Source: Auanema rhodensis (Eukaryota > Animalia > Nematoda). From it: a DNA stretch of 64,000 nt. Every line of letters begins with the position of its first letter. Within the stretch, counting starts at the first letter, position 1. The DNA is taken from NCBI GenBank assembly GCA_964057225.1, contig OZ059894.1:16368001-16432000 (forward strand), written 5' to 3'. This document shows positions 41,199-55,337 of the stretch, one piece after another. The notes under the pieces were generated by a model. It searched no databases. It was not told the origin of the DNA and saw only the letters and a list, made by a program, of their open reading frames with translations. A program made the translations under genes and the position numbers.

Positions 41199-42728
41199 AA
41201 GCTGATTTATAGATTAAAAATGTTTATTTAAGTAACTTTTCCCATTGGGGTTATACCCCCAGACCCCTTGAGTCTGGAAGTTGTGCGCGAGGATGGTTTA
41301 GAGTTTATTCCATCCCCAGGTTGTAAAACTGCGCGCGTTTCGGCAGAAGAGGCGGAGCCTAGCGAGAGGGGGGGGGGGGGAAATAACAGAAAAGAACTAA
41401 ATTTTTTGAAAAACAAAAAATACCTGGAAATCAATATGTGCTTTCACATTCACATTTTCGTTCACTTTGCTCCATAGGATGTTTGCACTCCATAAATCTC
41501 CATGACAGAATACACGCTTCATACCTACAATTATTAAGAATCAATAATCTCTGAAGACTTAAGATTAACCAAGAGTGTCAGGCATGTTATCCATTTTTTC
41601 ATAAAATGATTTTCCTATAAAGGATTTCAAATTATCGAAGAATTCATTTATGGTCTCTTCGTGTTCTGGCCCGCACATATTCTTAATATCATTTTTCATT
41701 TCCCGTAGCATCTGAGAAACATCAGTTTGAATGATTGAATAACTTATAATTCAGAGTTTACATCTTCTTTGTACATATCACCAAATGTTTCGGACAAATA
41801 TTTAGTGGTAAAGGTACTTCTTTCCTCATCAGTGAATCTCTCTCCTATTCCCTCCCAGATTGCCACAGATCGTAGACACTGAAAATTAAAAATTAATTTT
41901 TAAAACTTTATGAAAATTCAAAACCTGTTTTACAGCATCAATAGTAACGTTGTTAGTATAATGGTATGGTGTCAACTCATCAAAGTATTCCATGATTAAG
42001 AATCCTTTGAGTGTATTAACTTCATCGAATTTACGACTGGCATAAATCTGAAAAAATATTTTAGAATTACGAAATAGAAGGAATGAAAATCAACCGTTTC
42101 AATTGAATTTGAAAATGAAAATAAAATTGGTGATTCACGTCAACGCGTCTTCACGCGAACGCGTGTTTACGTGAAATATGCTAATCAGACCAACCTTTGG
42201 AAGAGGAATTCTGCCGTCGGAATATTTGTTTAGTAAATTGTAAGTGTCAATTTCATTGTTATGAACCTAAAAATCAAAATTCTTTATCAACAAACTTATT
42301 TATCATCATTACCCTTGTGCATGCTTGTTCAACGCATTCAGCCATAGCTGTTGCCTCAGTTCCATTGAGATGGCTGCTGAACTCGATAGCCGTGATGGGA
42401 GTACAAATCTATAGTATAGACAAGATTAATTATAAATTCAAATAGTTAAGGAAATACTTTTAGAACAAAAGCCTTGGGAAGATCTTCAGAAACATTCTGC
42501 CAATCGGGATTGATCAGACATGTACGAGACAGCATTCCCTAAAGATCATATTAATACAAAATTCTGAACAAGAAGATGAATTACATTTCCTTCGCCAATG
42601 TTCTTAAATGATTTTTCTGATCCAAATGTGGCTTTAGTGCCCAAGGCACTTTGTATTTCCTGTTCAACTTCATCCCAATGCAAATGGGTATCAGCAATAC
42701 CATCAGATTTTTGTGCAAAAGCAGACAT
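40404..42728 (-). CDS. DUF1679 / EcKinase-like protein, gene B copy 4, intact
   Basis: Same structure as B1; distinct exon 4 (HNNEIDTYNLLNKYSDGR). Confidence 0.88.
40864..41397. mobile_element. Mutator-like MITE, copy 4
   Basis: Same orientation as copies 2-3, but shares several nucleotide states with copy 1. Confidence 0.85.
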
Positions 42729-42992
42729 GTTCTGAAGAGAAAATTGAATTGAATAGAGTTGAGAATGGAACAATACAGTTATGATTAAGAGTATAAAACA
42801 TATAGTTTGATTAATGGAATAATTTCCTTTTTATATAAAAAAAGATTTTTCTGAAGAGTTCAAGTTCATGTTTAGAGAGAAAGAGAGATGAATTGAAACT
42901 ATAGTTGATTTGAGAGACAACAGACATTTGTGATAATATTGCAGAATTGTCTGTACGATTGTGCAATAACCCGTCATAGGTTTCAATGAACG

Positions 42993-43576
42993 TTGTGATC
43001 TCTGGAGCCCTAATGTTCTTTGGACAAAGAAATCAAATGGTGAATTATCTTTAAAAGCTATTGTTGATTTTCAAGTAAGAAATAATAATTTTATAAAATA
43101 TAATAAAGAAATATCTTATAGTTGGCATCATTCTGTAACCCTGTTATTGATATTATTGTTTTTCTCATATGTAATCTAACAGCCGAAACACGTCGTCAAA
43201 ATTGGAAGAACATTTTGAAAAACTTTTCGGAATATTTGAAACAAGAAACTGGTGGTGAAGAACCATTTACTCAGAAACAGGTGAATTCAAGTTCTAAATT
43301 CATTCTTATAATGATTTTATAGCTGGAATATTGTTACTTACGTTGTTTCCCACTGTTGGTTTTCATGGTTTTCGCAATGGTTGGTCCCATATACTTAAGT
43401 GAGCTGAAAGCTCATCCTGATGATACGGAAAAAGTGAATTTCTTCAATTTCATAAACAAAATAATTATTTTTACTATTTACAGGTTAATAATGTTTTTGA
43501 AAAGAAACTCATTTCTACATTACTTGATGCAATTGAGATTGATAAACAAATTGAAAATGGCCAAATTAAACTTTAA
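42993..43576 (+). pseudogene. 5'-truncated copy of gene A
   Basis: Matches 28121-28704. Confidence 0.85.
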
Positions 43577-45015
43577 AATGTTTCAAATCTTAAATTGAAG
43601 TCTTATAAATAAGAATATTCTTGTTATCTTTACCCTGTTCGTGAAATAAATATTCCTTTTTGTGATTAATTATTCAAAATAATCAGTTTATGAAGTTTTG
43701 TGATCAGAGCTATAACATATTCATATAATAATATATGAATGAATACACATTTTATCTTATCATTAAAAATTATTTTAAACCGGAAATCATTGTTTTTTAA
43801 AAAAACAAATAAACATTATACTTTTTAGAAATATGAAACAACATATAATAAACCATAGATGTCTTCTATTCATTCAAAATAATTATTGTATTTTAGTAAA
43901 TAAATTTTCTAATAAAATATTATATTAATTTTCAGCTAATGATGCTTCAATTAAAATCAAAATTCAGAGAAGAAGAATAAGAAAAAAAATGTTCTTATCT
44001 TATCACGTGTCTAATAAATTGTTCCTTTCTAATACTTGGGTAGTATTCTATATATTTCTCTGATATTTAACAACATACCTGTGCTATGTAGTGAGACTTG
44101 TAATTAATCATTGTAAACTACAAAATGTATAGGATTTTGATAATCTTCTTGCGGTGTTTATTTATTATTATATGATATACGATTATAATAATTGGGCATA
44201 TAGATTGCGGATATTCTTTTTTCTAAATTTCCAGTAATTTCACTATGTTCCTCTTTTGAATCAAGTATTCGGCGAACAATTTCACGAAACCGGCCAATAG
44301 AGTTCAATTCATGATTGTACAATTTTGAATGGATTATGACAGTACTGACCAATACAGTTATAAAATGGAATAAAATGGAATAAAACGACAAGTTATTCTA
44401 GTTTAAGGCTCACCAAAAATCCTAATGTATGAATTATGAACCAGAAATGTATGTATATAGACTTCGGAAAAAATAACTACATCTCATTATTTCGAAATTG
44501 TTCTGAATTCGTTCTTCACATTTTTCTTAAAATATTTTCCCTTATCTCACAGAAAATTACAATTTGATGCTATTTATAGGAGTTAAGAGCTTCAATTGAT
44601 AACATAAGATTCAAACTGTTCTATATAAGCCAGTGATCATATCATTCAGCAACGTTTTTATTTTTTTTTCATCTTGCCAAAATTATATTGTCGTTGCATA
44701 TTATTTTGATACATGAATTCCTGAATTCCATATATAACTTGTGTTTTCTAAGTTTCTTCTATTAATACAATCTATTATTGCACAATCGTACAGACAATTC
44801 TGCAATATTATCACAAATGTCTGTTGTCTCTCAAATCAACTATAGTTTCAATTCATCTCTGTTTCTTTCTAAACATGAACTTGAACTCTTCAGAAAAATC
44901 TTTTTTTATATAAAAAGGAAATTATTCCATTAATCAAACTATATGTTTTATACTCTTAATCATAACTGTATTGTTCCATTCTCAACTCTATTCAATTCAA
45001 TTTTCTCTTCAGAAC

Positions 45016-46861
45016 ATGTCTGCTTTTGCACAAAAATCTGATGGTATTGCTGATACCCATTTGCATTGGGATGAAGTTGAACAGGAAATGCAAAGTGCCT
45101 TGGGCACTAAAGCCACATTTGGATCAGAAAAATCATTTAAGAACATTGGCGAAGGAAATGTAATTCATCGTTTTTCTCTTTAATTTCATGTAAAATCAAT
45201 GTTCAGGGATTCCTTTCACGCATATGTCTGATCAAGCCTGATTGGCAGAATGGTTCTGAAGATCTTCCCAAGGCTTTTGTTTTGAAAGTATTTCCTTAAC
45301 TATTTGAATTTATAATTAATCTTCTCTATACTATAGATTTGTACTCCAATATCAATGTTGGACTTCAGTAGTAAAATTGAAGGTGATTTCGATATGACTC
45401 CAATCATTACTAACATTGAAAAACTCTGCACAAATGTATATATTTTAATTTTGAGTTTTAAATATTAAACTTAACTATAGGTTCATAACAATGAAGTTAA
45501 TACTTACAATCTACTAAAGAAATATTCCGACACCAGAATTCCTCTTCCAAAGGTTAGTCTGATTAGCATATTTCACGTAAACACGCGTTCACGTAAACAC
45601 GCGTTCACGTAAACACGCGTTCACGTGAAGACGCGTTCACGTGAATCACCAATTTTATTTTCATTTTCAAATTCAATTGAAACGGTTGATTTTCATTCCT
45701 TCTATTTCCTAATTCTAAAAGATTTTTTCAGATTTATGCCAGTCGTAAATTCGATGAAGTTAATAAACTCAAAGGATTCTTAATCATGGAATACTTTGAT
45801 GATTTAGTTCCTTGTCACATTACTGATAACATCAGCATTAATGCTGTCAAAAAAGTTTTAAAGTTCATATTTACTCTTATTCTGTTTTTTTTCTTTTTTA
45901 GTGTCTTCGATCAGTTGCAATTTGGGAAAGCATTGGTCTCAAGTTCACTGAAGAGGAAAGTAGTAACTTCTCTAAAAACTTTTTGGCTGAATCTTTCGGT
46001 GATATGTTTAAAGAAGAAGTTAGCTTAGAAATATCATTTAATCATTAATTTTATATTTATTCAGCTGTTAGGGCAAATGAGAAAGGGCTTACATGATCTC
46101 TGTGGGGCAGAGTACGAAAACACGATTAACGATTTCTGCGATCATTTGGTTCACCTTATGGGTGATAGATATTACCGAAAATTGGATCAAATGCCAGAAG
46201 CTCTTGGTAAAGTTCCAAAGTTTAATAATTTTATTTTATTAATGTTTAAAGGTATGAAACGTGTATTCTGTCATGGTGATCTATGGAGTACTAACATCTT
46301 ATGGACCAAAAAGAATGGAGAATTTGATATTCGAGGTCACATTGATTTCCAGGTATTTTCTTTTTTATCAAAAAATTTATAATTTTATGGAAATTCAGAC
46401 AACATCGTTGGCATCTCCAGCTATCGACCTTGCACGTCTGTTTTCTGCAACGTTGAGTGGTGCTGATCGCAGGAAACACTGGAAGGAGCTTCTGGAAACA
46501 TTCTATGGATACTTGAAAGAAGAAGTTGAAGGTGAAATGCCATACACATACGAACAAGTAAGTTTCATCATTCAACTATCATTTTCTAATTATTTTAAAA
46601 CTTAAGTTGGAAGAAAATTACAAGAAGTTCATTCCATTTGGTGCTTTCTTTGCCGTACCCGTAGTTGCACCTCTTTTGGACTTTATAAAGAACAACAAAC
46701 CTGACTCTTTATCATATGTATGTTATTCTTTTCAAATTTTGAAATATACAAGTTCACTATATATTTATATTTAAATTTTGTTTTAGGTTGAAGAAATCGT
46801 TGTAGAAAAAGTCGTAGCTTTGATGGAAGATGCTAACATCCACTGGGAACCTTATAATTAA
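45016..46861 (+). CDS. DUF1679 / EcKinase-like protein, gene C, 11 exons, intact
   Basis: Exon 1 near-identical to B; HNNE, HGDLWSTN, HIDFQ motifs; ends ..ANIHWEPYN*. Confidence 0.9.
45572..45645. repeat. 16-bp minisatellite (TTCACGTAAACACGCG)n in intron 4 of gene C
   Basis: Three exact units plus TTCACGTGAAGACGCG and TTCACGTGAA; fewer units in B and D. Confidence 0.85.
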
Positions 46862-47731
46862 TATTATTTCCTTTCAATCGTACATAAACACTTTTTTCTT
46901 GTATTCATATTTCATATTCTACGTATTCATCTTTTATTTCTTGTTGTAACGACCTATTATGTTGTTATAACGTAAGTTTCTTTTCAACTTATTTAAACGT
47001 TTTATGAACTTTTAAATGATTTGAAAGAAGTCATACTAATGAACACATCAAATCATTATTAAGAGATGAAAAGTGATTGTAATTTGTTTCATTCATTACA
47101 ATTCTTGTTGGCTCTTTAGCCATCATATGTGTAAGTATCAATCATTCTATTTCATTTTTCAAGTATTTGAGATTTCATGAATATATAATTATATTAAATA
47201 ATTTATATTTTTTACACACAAAAATATAAACAAGAAAAACAAAATAATTTGATAATAATGTTTTGAAATAGTTATCACAATTTTGAAAATCTAATTGGTT
47301 CTCATTCTCACCCACTCACTTAGATTTACGTTGCTGCGTTACGGAACTAAGTTTTGAAATAAGTTTTGAAAACTTTATTTAATTGTATATAGGATATTGA
47401 TTTTACTTAATTTATATAAGTAATATTAGAACAATTATATGATAAAATCATTCGAGAGTATTATGTATAGAAAGTTATGCATAGATCATGTTTTAAGGAT
47501 AAATTTATTGTATTGAAGATAAAATTATTTTTTTAAATCAGTTTTCCAGTTATTCTTTCTTTTCTTTAGTTTATTTTATCGAATTAAATAGCAAACAAAT
47601 ATGGTTCTCAAAACGTTTCGTATCTATGAGTAGATTAGGTGAAAGATATTAACAAACAGAAAAAACTTTTTCACAATATTTTATATACAAACTAGAATTA
47701 TTTTACTAACACATATTAACCTTTTGACTTT

Positions 47732-47911
47732 TTTACTCATTGATTTCAACTATTGTGCGAACCATTCAGTAAAACCGGCAACTGAAATTCTTTTGAACAT
47801 ACGATGGTTAATGGATTACGACAGTAATGACTATTATAGTTTTGAAAGTAGAATCAGATGACAAGTTTTTTCCTATTTCATATTCAACAAAAATTATTCA
47901 CATAGCCTTGA
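47732..47911. repeat. 180-bp non-coding duplication (partner 49628-49807; diverged homolog ~44255-44400)
   Basis: Direct sequence identity by eye. Confidence 0.85.
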
Positions 47912-48219
47912 TGTGATAGAATGTGTGTAAATTGTGAAGAGAAACTTTATAAAAGATAGATTCAATAAATTCTAAGTTTTTTTAATAAATAAGCATTTAT
48001 TTGAAGAAGAATGTAAAATGATTGTTTGTGTATTTCCCATTAATTTAGATTTTTGAATACTAAAGTCTATCATTAACAGAGGACTTCTTATCTCGCACAG
48101 GAAATCACATGAGAAAAGTAGATTGAGCACTATGTCATACAAACAAGTGATAACAAAAGATTTGAACTGTCAAATGCATATAAACCTTAATCTGTTTTTT
48201 AAGAAATTGTGAGAAAACG

Positions 48220-48481
48220 GCCTTAGGCACAAAAGTCAAATTTCGATCAGAAAAATCATTCAAGAACATTTGCAAAGAAGTTTATCGTCTTGTATATCTA
48301 TTATACCAAAATGTTTGTTAAATCATACTCTGACGGCAGAGTTCCTCTTCCAAAGGTTAGCCTAGTTAGCATATTTCCATTCATGGCGTGAACCAACAAT
48401 TTCATTTTAATTTTCAAATTCCATTAAAACGGTTGATTTTCATTTTGTTCCTTCTATTTCTTAATTCCAAAATATCTTCAG
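48220..48481 (+). pseudogene. Decayed EcKL gene relic (part of exon 1, end of exon 4, intron 4)
   Basis: GCCTTAGGCACAAAAGTCAAATTTCGATCAGAAAAATCATTCAAGAACATT resembles exon 1; GACGGCAGAGTTCCTCTTCCAAAGGTTAG..CTTCAG resembles exon 4/intron 4; intervening exons are missing. Confidence 0.75.
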
Positions 48482-50118
48482 AGTTTTAGTGAGATATTTT
48501 CGGTTTTATTAGCTGATCTACATACACACATGGCTTTTTGGGCATTAATTAAATAAAAATAAACTAATTAAATTGTATATTGTCACACATATTGTGAGAT
48601 TTTTATTGATTTATTTGGTAACAACAATGAGATTCTAAAATAATGTTTAACAAACATTTTTTTAGAATATTAAATAATACAGTATATTATCATATAGGCA
48701 AAGTCTGCTCTGGAACATTGAAAACGGTCGTTTCCATTAATACTGTTTTGAGTACTGTAAGTTACAGTATCGTACCTTTGTCTATAATGTTATTAATGAA
48801 TGGACAAATATTCTTTTACAATCAGATGTATATCTCTTATAAATTGGATAAAATATCTAGAATATACATCATTATAATAATAATTCAAATAATATATTTT
48901 AGATTTAGATATGTTGTTATAACATTATTATTATATTATGTATATAGTATATAAATAGACCGTTTGTCCATTAGAATTATATCTCATAAGCTACATTCTG
49001 GGAAATCTTCCAATCAATGTTGCAAAAATGTTTTTTTTTTGAATGCTCGCTTTCTTTGATTAGGGTGAAGAGAGAGAGAGAGACCGAAGGTTTATGCAAA
49101 ATATTGTGTCGAAATCTGATACATTTTTTATATTTATCTATTTATATTATACATATATAATAAATAATAATCTATATTCTGATGATTAGACAATAAATCC
49201 AATATGCTGTTTGTGTGTGATATGATTAATAAAAAAAAGCTCAAACTACAAAATTACTCCTTATCAAGATCCGTTTTCATAATTTCCAAGTTTCAGACTG
49301 TATGTTCACATCTTACAAGTTAATTAAAATATGAATGTACTTAACAATAAGATATTGATAAAGACAGGGGAAATTGCAGAAAGTGACAAAGAGAATATTA
49401 TAATATAATTATAATTTATTATATAATATATATTGATTTGTGTTCATTTTCAAAACTTGAAAAATAACTCTTGTATATAAACTTCATGCTTGATAAAACT
49501 TCAGTTCAATTTCAACGTCATAGGTAAATTTTTTTTTTCGGTGGTAAATGTTGACAAGCTCAACAACTTAACTCAGGTATTTAACAGAAAAAACAAACAA
49601 AAGTGATTGACTGAAGTAACTTAGACATTTACTCATTGATTTCAACTATTGTGCGAACCATTCAGTAAAACCGGCAACTGAAATTCTTTTGAACATACGA
49701 TGGTTAATGGATTACGACAGTAATGACTATTATAGTTTTGAAAGTAGAATCAGATGACAAGTTTTTTCCTATTTCATATTCAACAAAAATTATTCACATA
49801 GCCTTGACGTGGCAAAACGTGCGTTACGGGATACTCAATAAAGGCGGAGTTAACTGAGGAAATGAGTACACGGATGCTGGAAGATTTTCCTCCTAGACCA
49901 CATGAAATAGACTGTTTCTTATCATACAATAAATTTTAATTCGATAACTCCAATGACTTTAACTCTATTTCCTGTTTAGATTCAATTGATAACATAAGAC
50001 AGCTACATATATACATGTTTTAGATTATTCCATTAATCAAACTATATGTTTTATACTCTTAATCATAACTGTATTGTTCCATTCTCAACTCTATTCAATT
50101 CAATTTTCTCTTCAGAAC

Positions 50119-51880
50119 ATGTCTGCTTTTGCACAAAAATCTGATGGTATTGCTGATACCCATTTGCATTGGGATGAAGTTGAACAGGAAATGCAAAGTG
50201 CCTTGGGTACTAAAGCCACATTTGGATCAGAAAAATCATTTAAGAACATTGGCGAAGGAAATGTAATTCATCTTCTTGTTCAGAATTTTGTATTAATATG
50301 ATCTTTAGGGAATGATGTCTCGTATATGTCTGATCAATCCTGATTGGCAGAATGGATCTGAAGATCTTCCGAAGGCTTTCGTTTTGAAAGTAAGCAGTTA
50401 GTTTATTCATTTGAGATTGACATTATTTCAAGATCTGCACTCCACTTGCTATGATTGCTATGAATGCTCACTGCCCACCAGGGTTTGATCTACAAACTAT
50501 TATGAATAAAATGGAATGTCTTTGCATTAAAGTTTGAAAAAAACATATATTGTTAAAATAATTGTTTGCTTCCTATTAGATTCATAACAGTGAAGTTAAT
50601 ACTTACAATTTACTAAAGAAATACGACGACGGCAGAATTCCTCTTCCAAAGGTTAGTCTGATTAGCATATTTCACGTAAACACGCGTTCACGTGAATTGA
50701 CAATTTTATTTTCATTTTCAAATTCAATTGAAACGGTTGATTTTCATTCCTTCTATTTCCTAATTCTAAAATATTTTTTCAGATTTATGCCAGTCGTAAA
50801 TTCGATGAAGTTAATAAACTCAAAGGATTCTTAATCATGGAATACTTTGATGATTTAGTTCCTTGTCACATTACTGATAACATCAGCATTAATGCTGTCA
50901 AAAAAGTTTTAAAGTTCATATTTACTCTTATTCTGTTTTTTTTCTTTTTTAGTGTCTTCGATCAGTTGCAATTTGGGAAAGCATTGGTCTCAAGTTCACT
51001 GAAGAGGAAAGTAGTAACTTCTCTAAAAACTTCATATCTGAGACTTTTGGAGATTTGTTTAAAGAAGGGGTAAAATTAAAAACAAAAATATTCTAAATGA
51101 TCGTTGTATTAGATGTTAGAGGCGTTGGCAAAAAGTTTGGGTGATCTGTGTGGACCAGAACATGAGAAAACAGTTGATGAATTTTGTAGTCATTTCACTC
51201 ATCTTATCCAAAAACAGAGTTACGAAAAATTGGATCAAATGCCAGAAGCTCTTGGTAAAGTTCCAAAGTTTAATAATTTTATTTTATTAATGTTTAAAGG
51301 TATGAAACGTGTATTCTGTCATGGTGATCTATGGAGTACTAACATCTTATGGACCAAAAAGAATGGAGAATTTGATATTCGAGGTCACATTGATTTCCAG
51401 GTATTTTCTTTTTTATCAAAAAATTTATAATTTTATGGAAATTCAGACAACATCGTTGGCATCTCCAGCTATCGATCTTGTACGTCTGTTTTCTGCCACG
51501 TTGAGTGGTGCTGATCGCAGGAAACACTGGAAGGAGCTTCTGGAAACATTCTATGGATACTTGAAAGAAGAAGTTGAAGGTGAAATGCCATACACATACG
51601 AACAAGTAAGTTTCATCATTCAACTATCATTTTCTAATTATTTTAAAACTTAAGTTGGAAGAAAATTACAAGAAGTTCACACCATACGGAGCCCTATTCT
51701 TGGTCCCATTGATAGGACCACTTTTAGGATACATAAAGGCGAGCAAACCAGAATCTCTTCCTATGGTAAAAAACAACTAATGGTTTCCCAGAATTGAAAT
51801 ATTTTCTTTAGGTTCTTGACGTTGTACTTGAAAAAGTTGTTGCTTTGATGGAAGATGCAAACTTATACTGGGAACCCTAA
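50119..51880 (+). CDS. DUF1679 / EcKinase-like protein, gene D, 11 exons, intact
   Basis: Exons 1, 5, 8 and 9 near-identical to C; HNSE, HGDLWSTN, HIDFQ motifs; ends ..ANLYWEP*. Confidence 0.9.
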
Positions 51881-52899
51881 GATAATATATGTATAACATA
51901 ACACAATAACGTAAAAGTATATAAAATAATATGAATTTCTATTATTATTATCATAAAATAATATTTTTTGAAGTTATTATATGCTTGATCTATTCCAAAA
52001 ATTGTTTCCGAACCCAATTCAAAAGGATATTCAAATCCAACTTCACGCATTCGCAGCATAGTTAGTTCATATTATCTTTACAAATAAAAAAAAAAACAAT
52101 TATTTTTAATTTCGTTGCACACGATCATTTAAAATATTGAACGACTCGGTTCGATCATGGTCCGAGCAATCTAGTTTAGTTTTTCCGCTTGTTAGGTTAT
52201 GTCAGTCTGATTTATTTCTTTACAGAGATTAATTGTAGAAATTTGCAAACGAATTTTCAATTATTTACCAATATATTTATAAATAAATAGTCAATTTGTA
52301 AAAAATATTATTTTAAAAAGTTTTATTTTACATGATAAAATTATAAACAAGAAATATACCGGTGTTTGAGTAACCACATTTAGTGATGCTTGATAAATAA
52401 TTTTCTTCTAGTGATGTTGGCATTTGTGAAAATTAATGACGAACATTGATTATACTATTGAAACCTTATAAAGGTCAGAAAGAGGAAATTCGGTTCAAAT
52501 ATACATTGAAGTTTCTTCTAAGAGAAATATATTGGACCGGGATATACAATTTGAAATATATAAAATTATGCTAAACAAAACCAAACAAACATTGAGATGA
52601 TGACAATTAATTTCTAAAGAAAGGTTGGCAGAAAAAATGAAAAAAACGAACAACTTAAAAAGCTTATAGAAGAGATATTAATCGAAAGCATTTCGGGTAC
52701 AGTGAAATTGGATATTTCTTCAAATATCTGAGAACAAAAAAAATGGCCAACTTATCTTCTCAAATTTTGACTAGAATAACATGTTTATATATATATATAT
52801 ATAAATATAAATATATATATATATGAATTATTGATTGATTATTAAAATAATATATCTATTATTATACAAAATTATTCAGATTTCTTTTATATTTATATC

Positions 52900-55337
<2,438 letters not shown>

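Larger units (their letters stand above)
28121..43873. repeat. Tandem segmental amplification, ~3.56-3.58 kb unit, 4 full units plus a terminal 881-bp repeat
   Basis: Units start at TTGTGATCTCTGGAGCCC: 28121, 31676, 35833, 39410, 42993. Unit 2 is longer because of a 579-bp MITE+TSD insertion. Homology stops at ..CTTCTATTCAT (43873). Confidence 0.95.

Noticed and set aside
29489-41477. Repeated ORFs such as VREDGLEFIPSPGCKTARVSAEEAEPSE
   Set aside because: Translations of MITE TIRs on both strands; no transposase motifs.
28121-43873. LTR retrotransposon interpretation of the 881-bp direct repeats
   Set aside because: The repeats are intron-containing host gene sequence; no TG..CA ends, PBS/PPT or gag/pol.
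44158-44391. Signal-peptide-like small ORF
   Set aside because: Non-ATG start; the homologous blocks at 47732 and 49628 have an early stop in the equivalent frame.
45572-45645. CRISPR-like array
   Set aside because: Head-to-tail units without spacers, in a eukaryotic intron.
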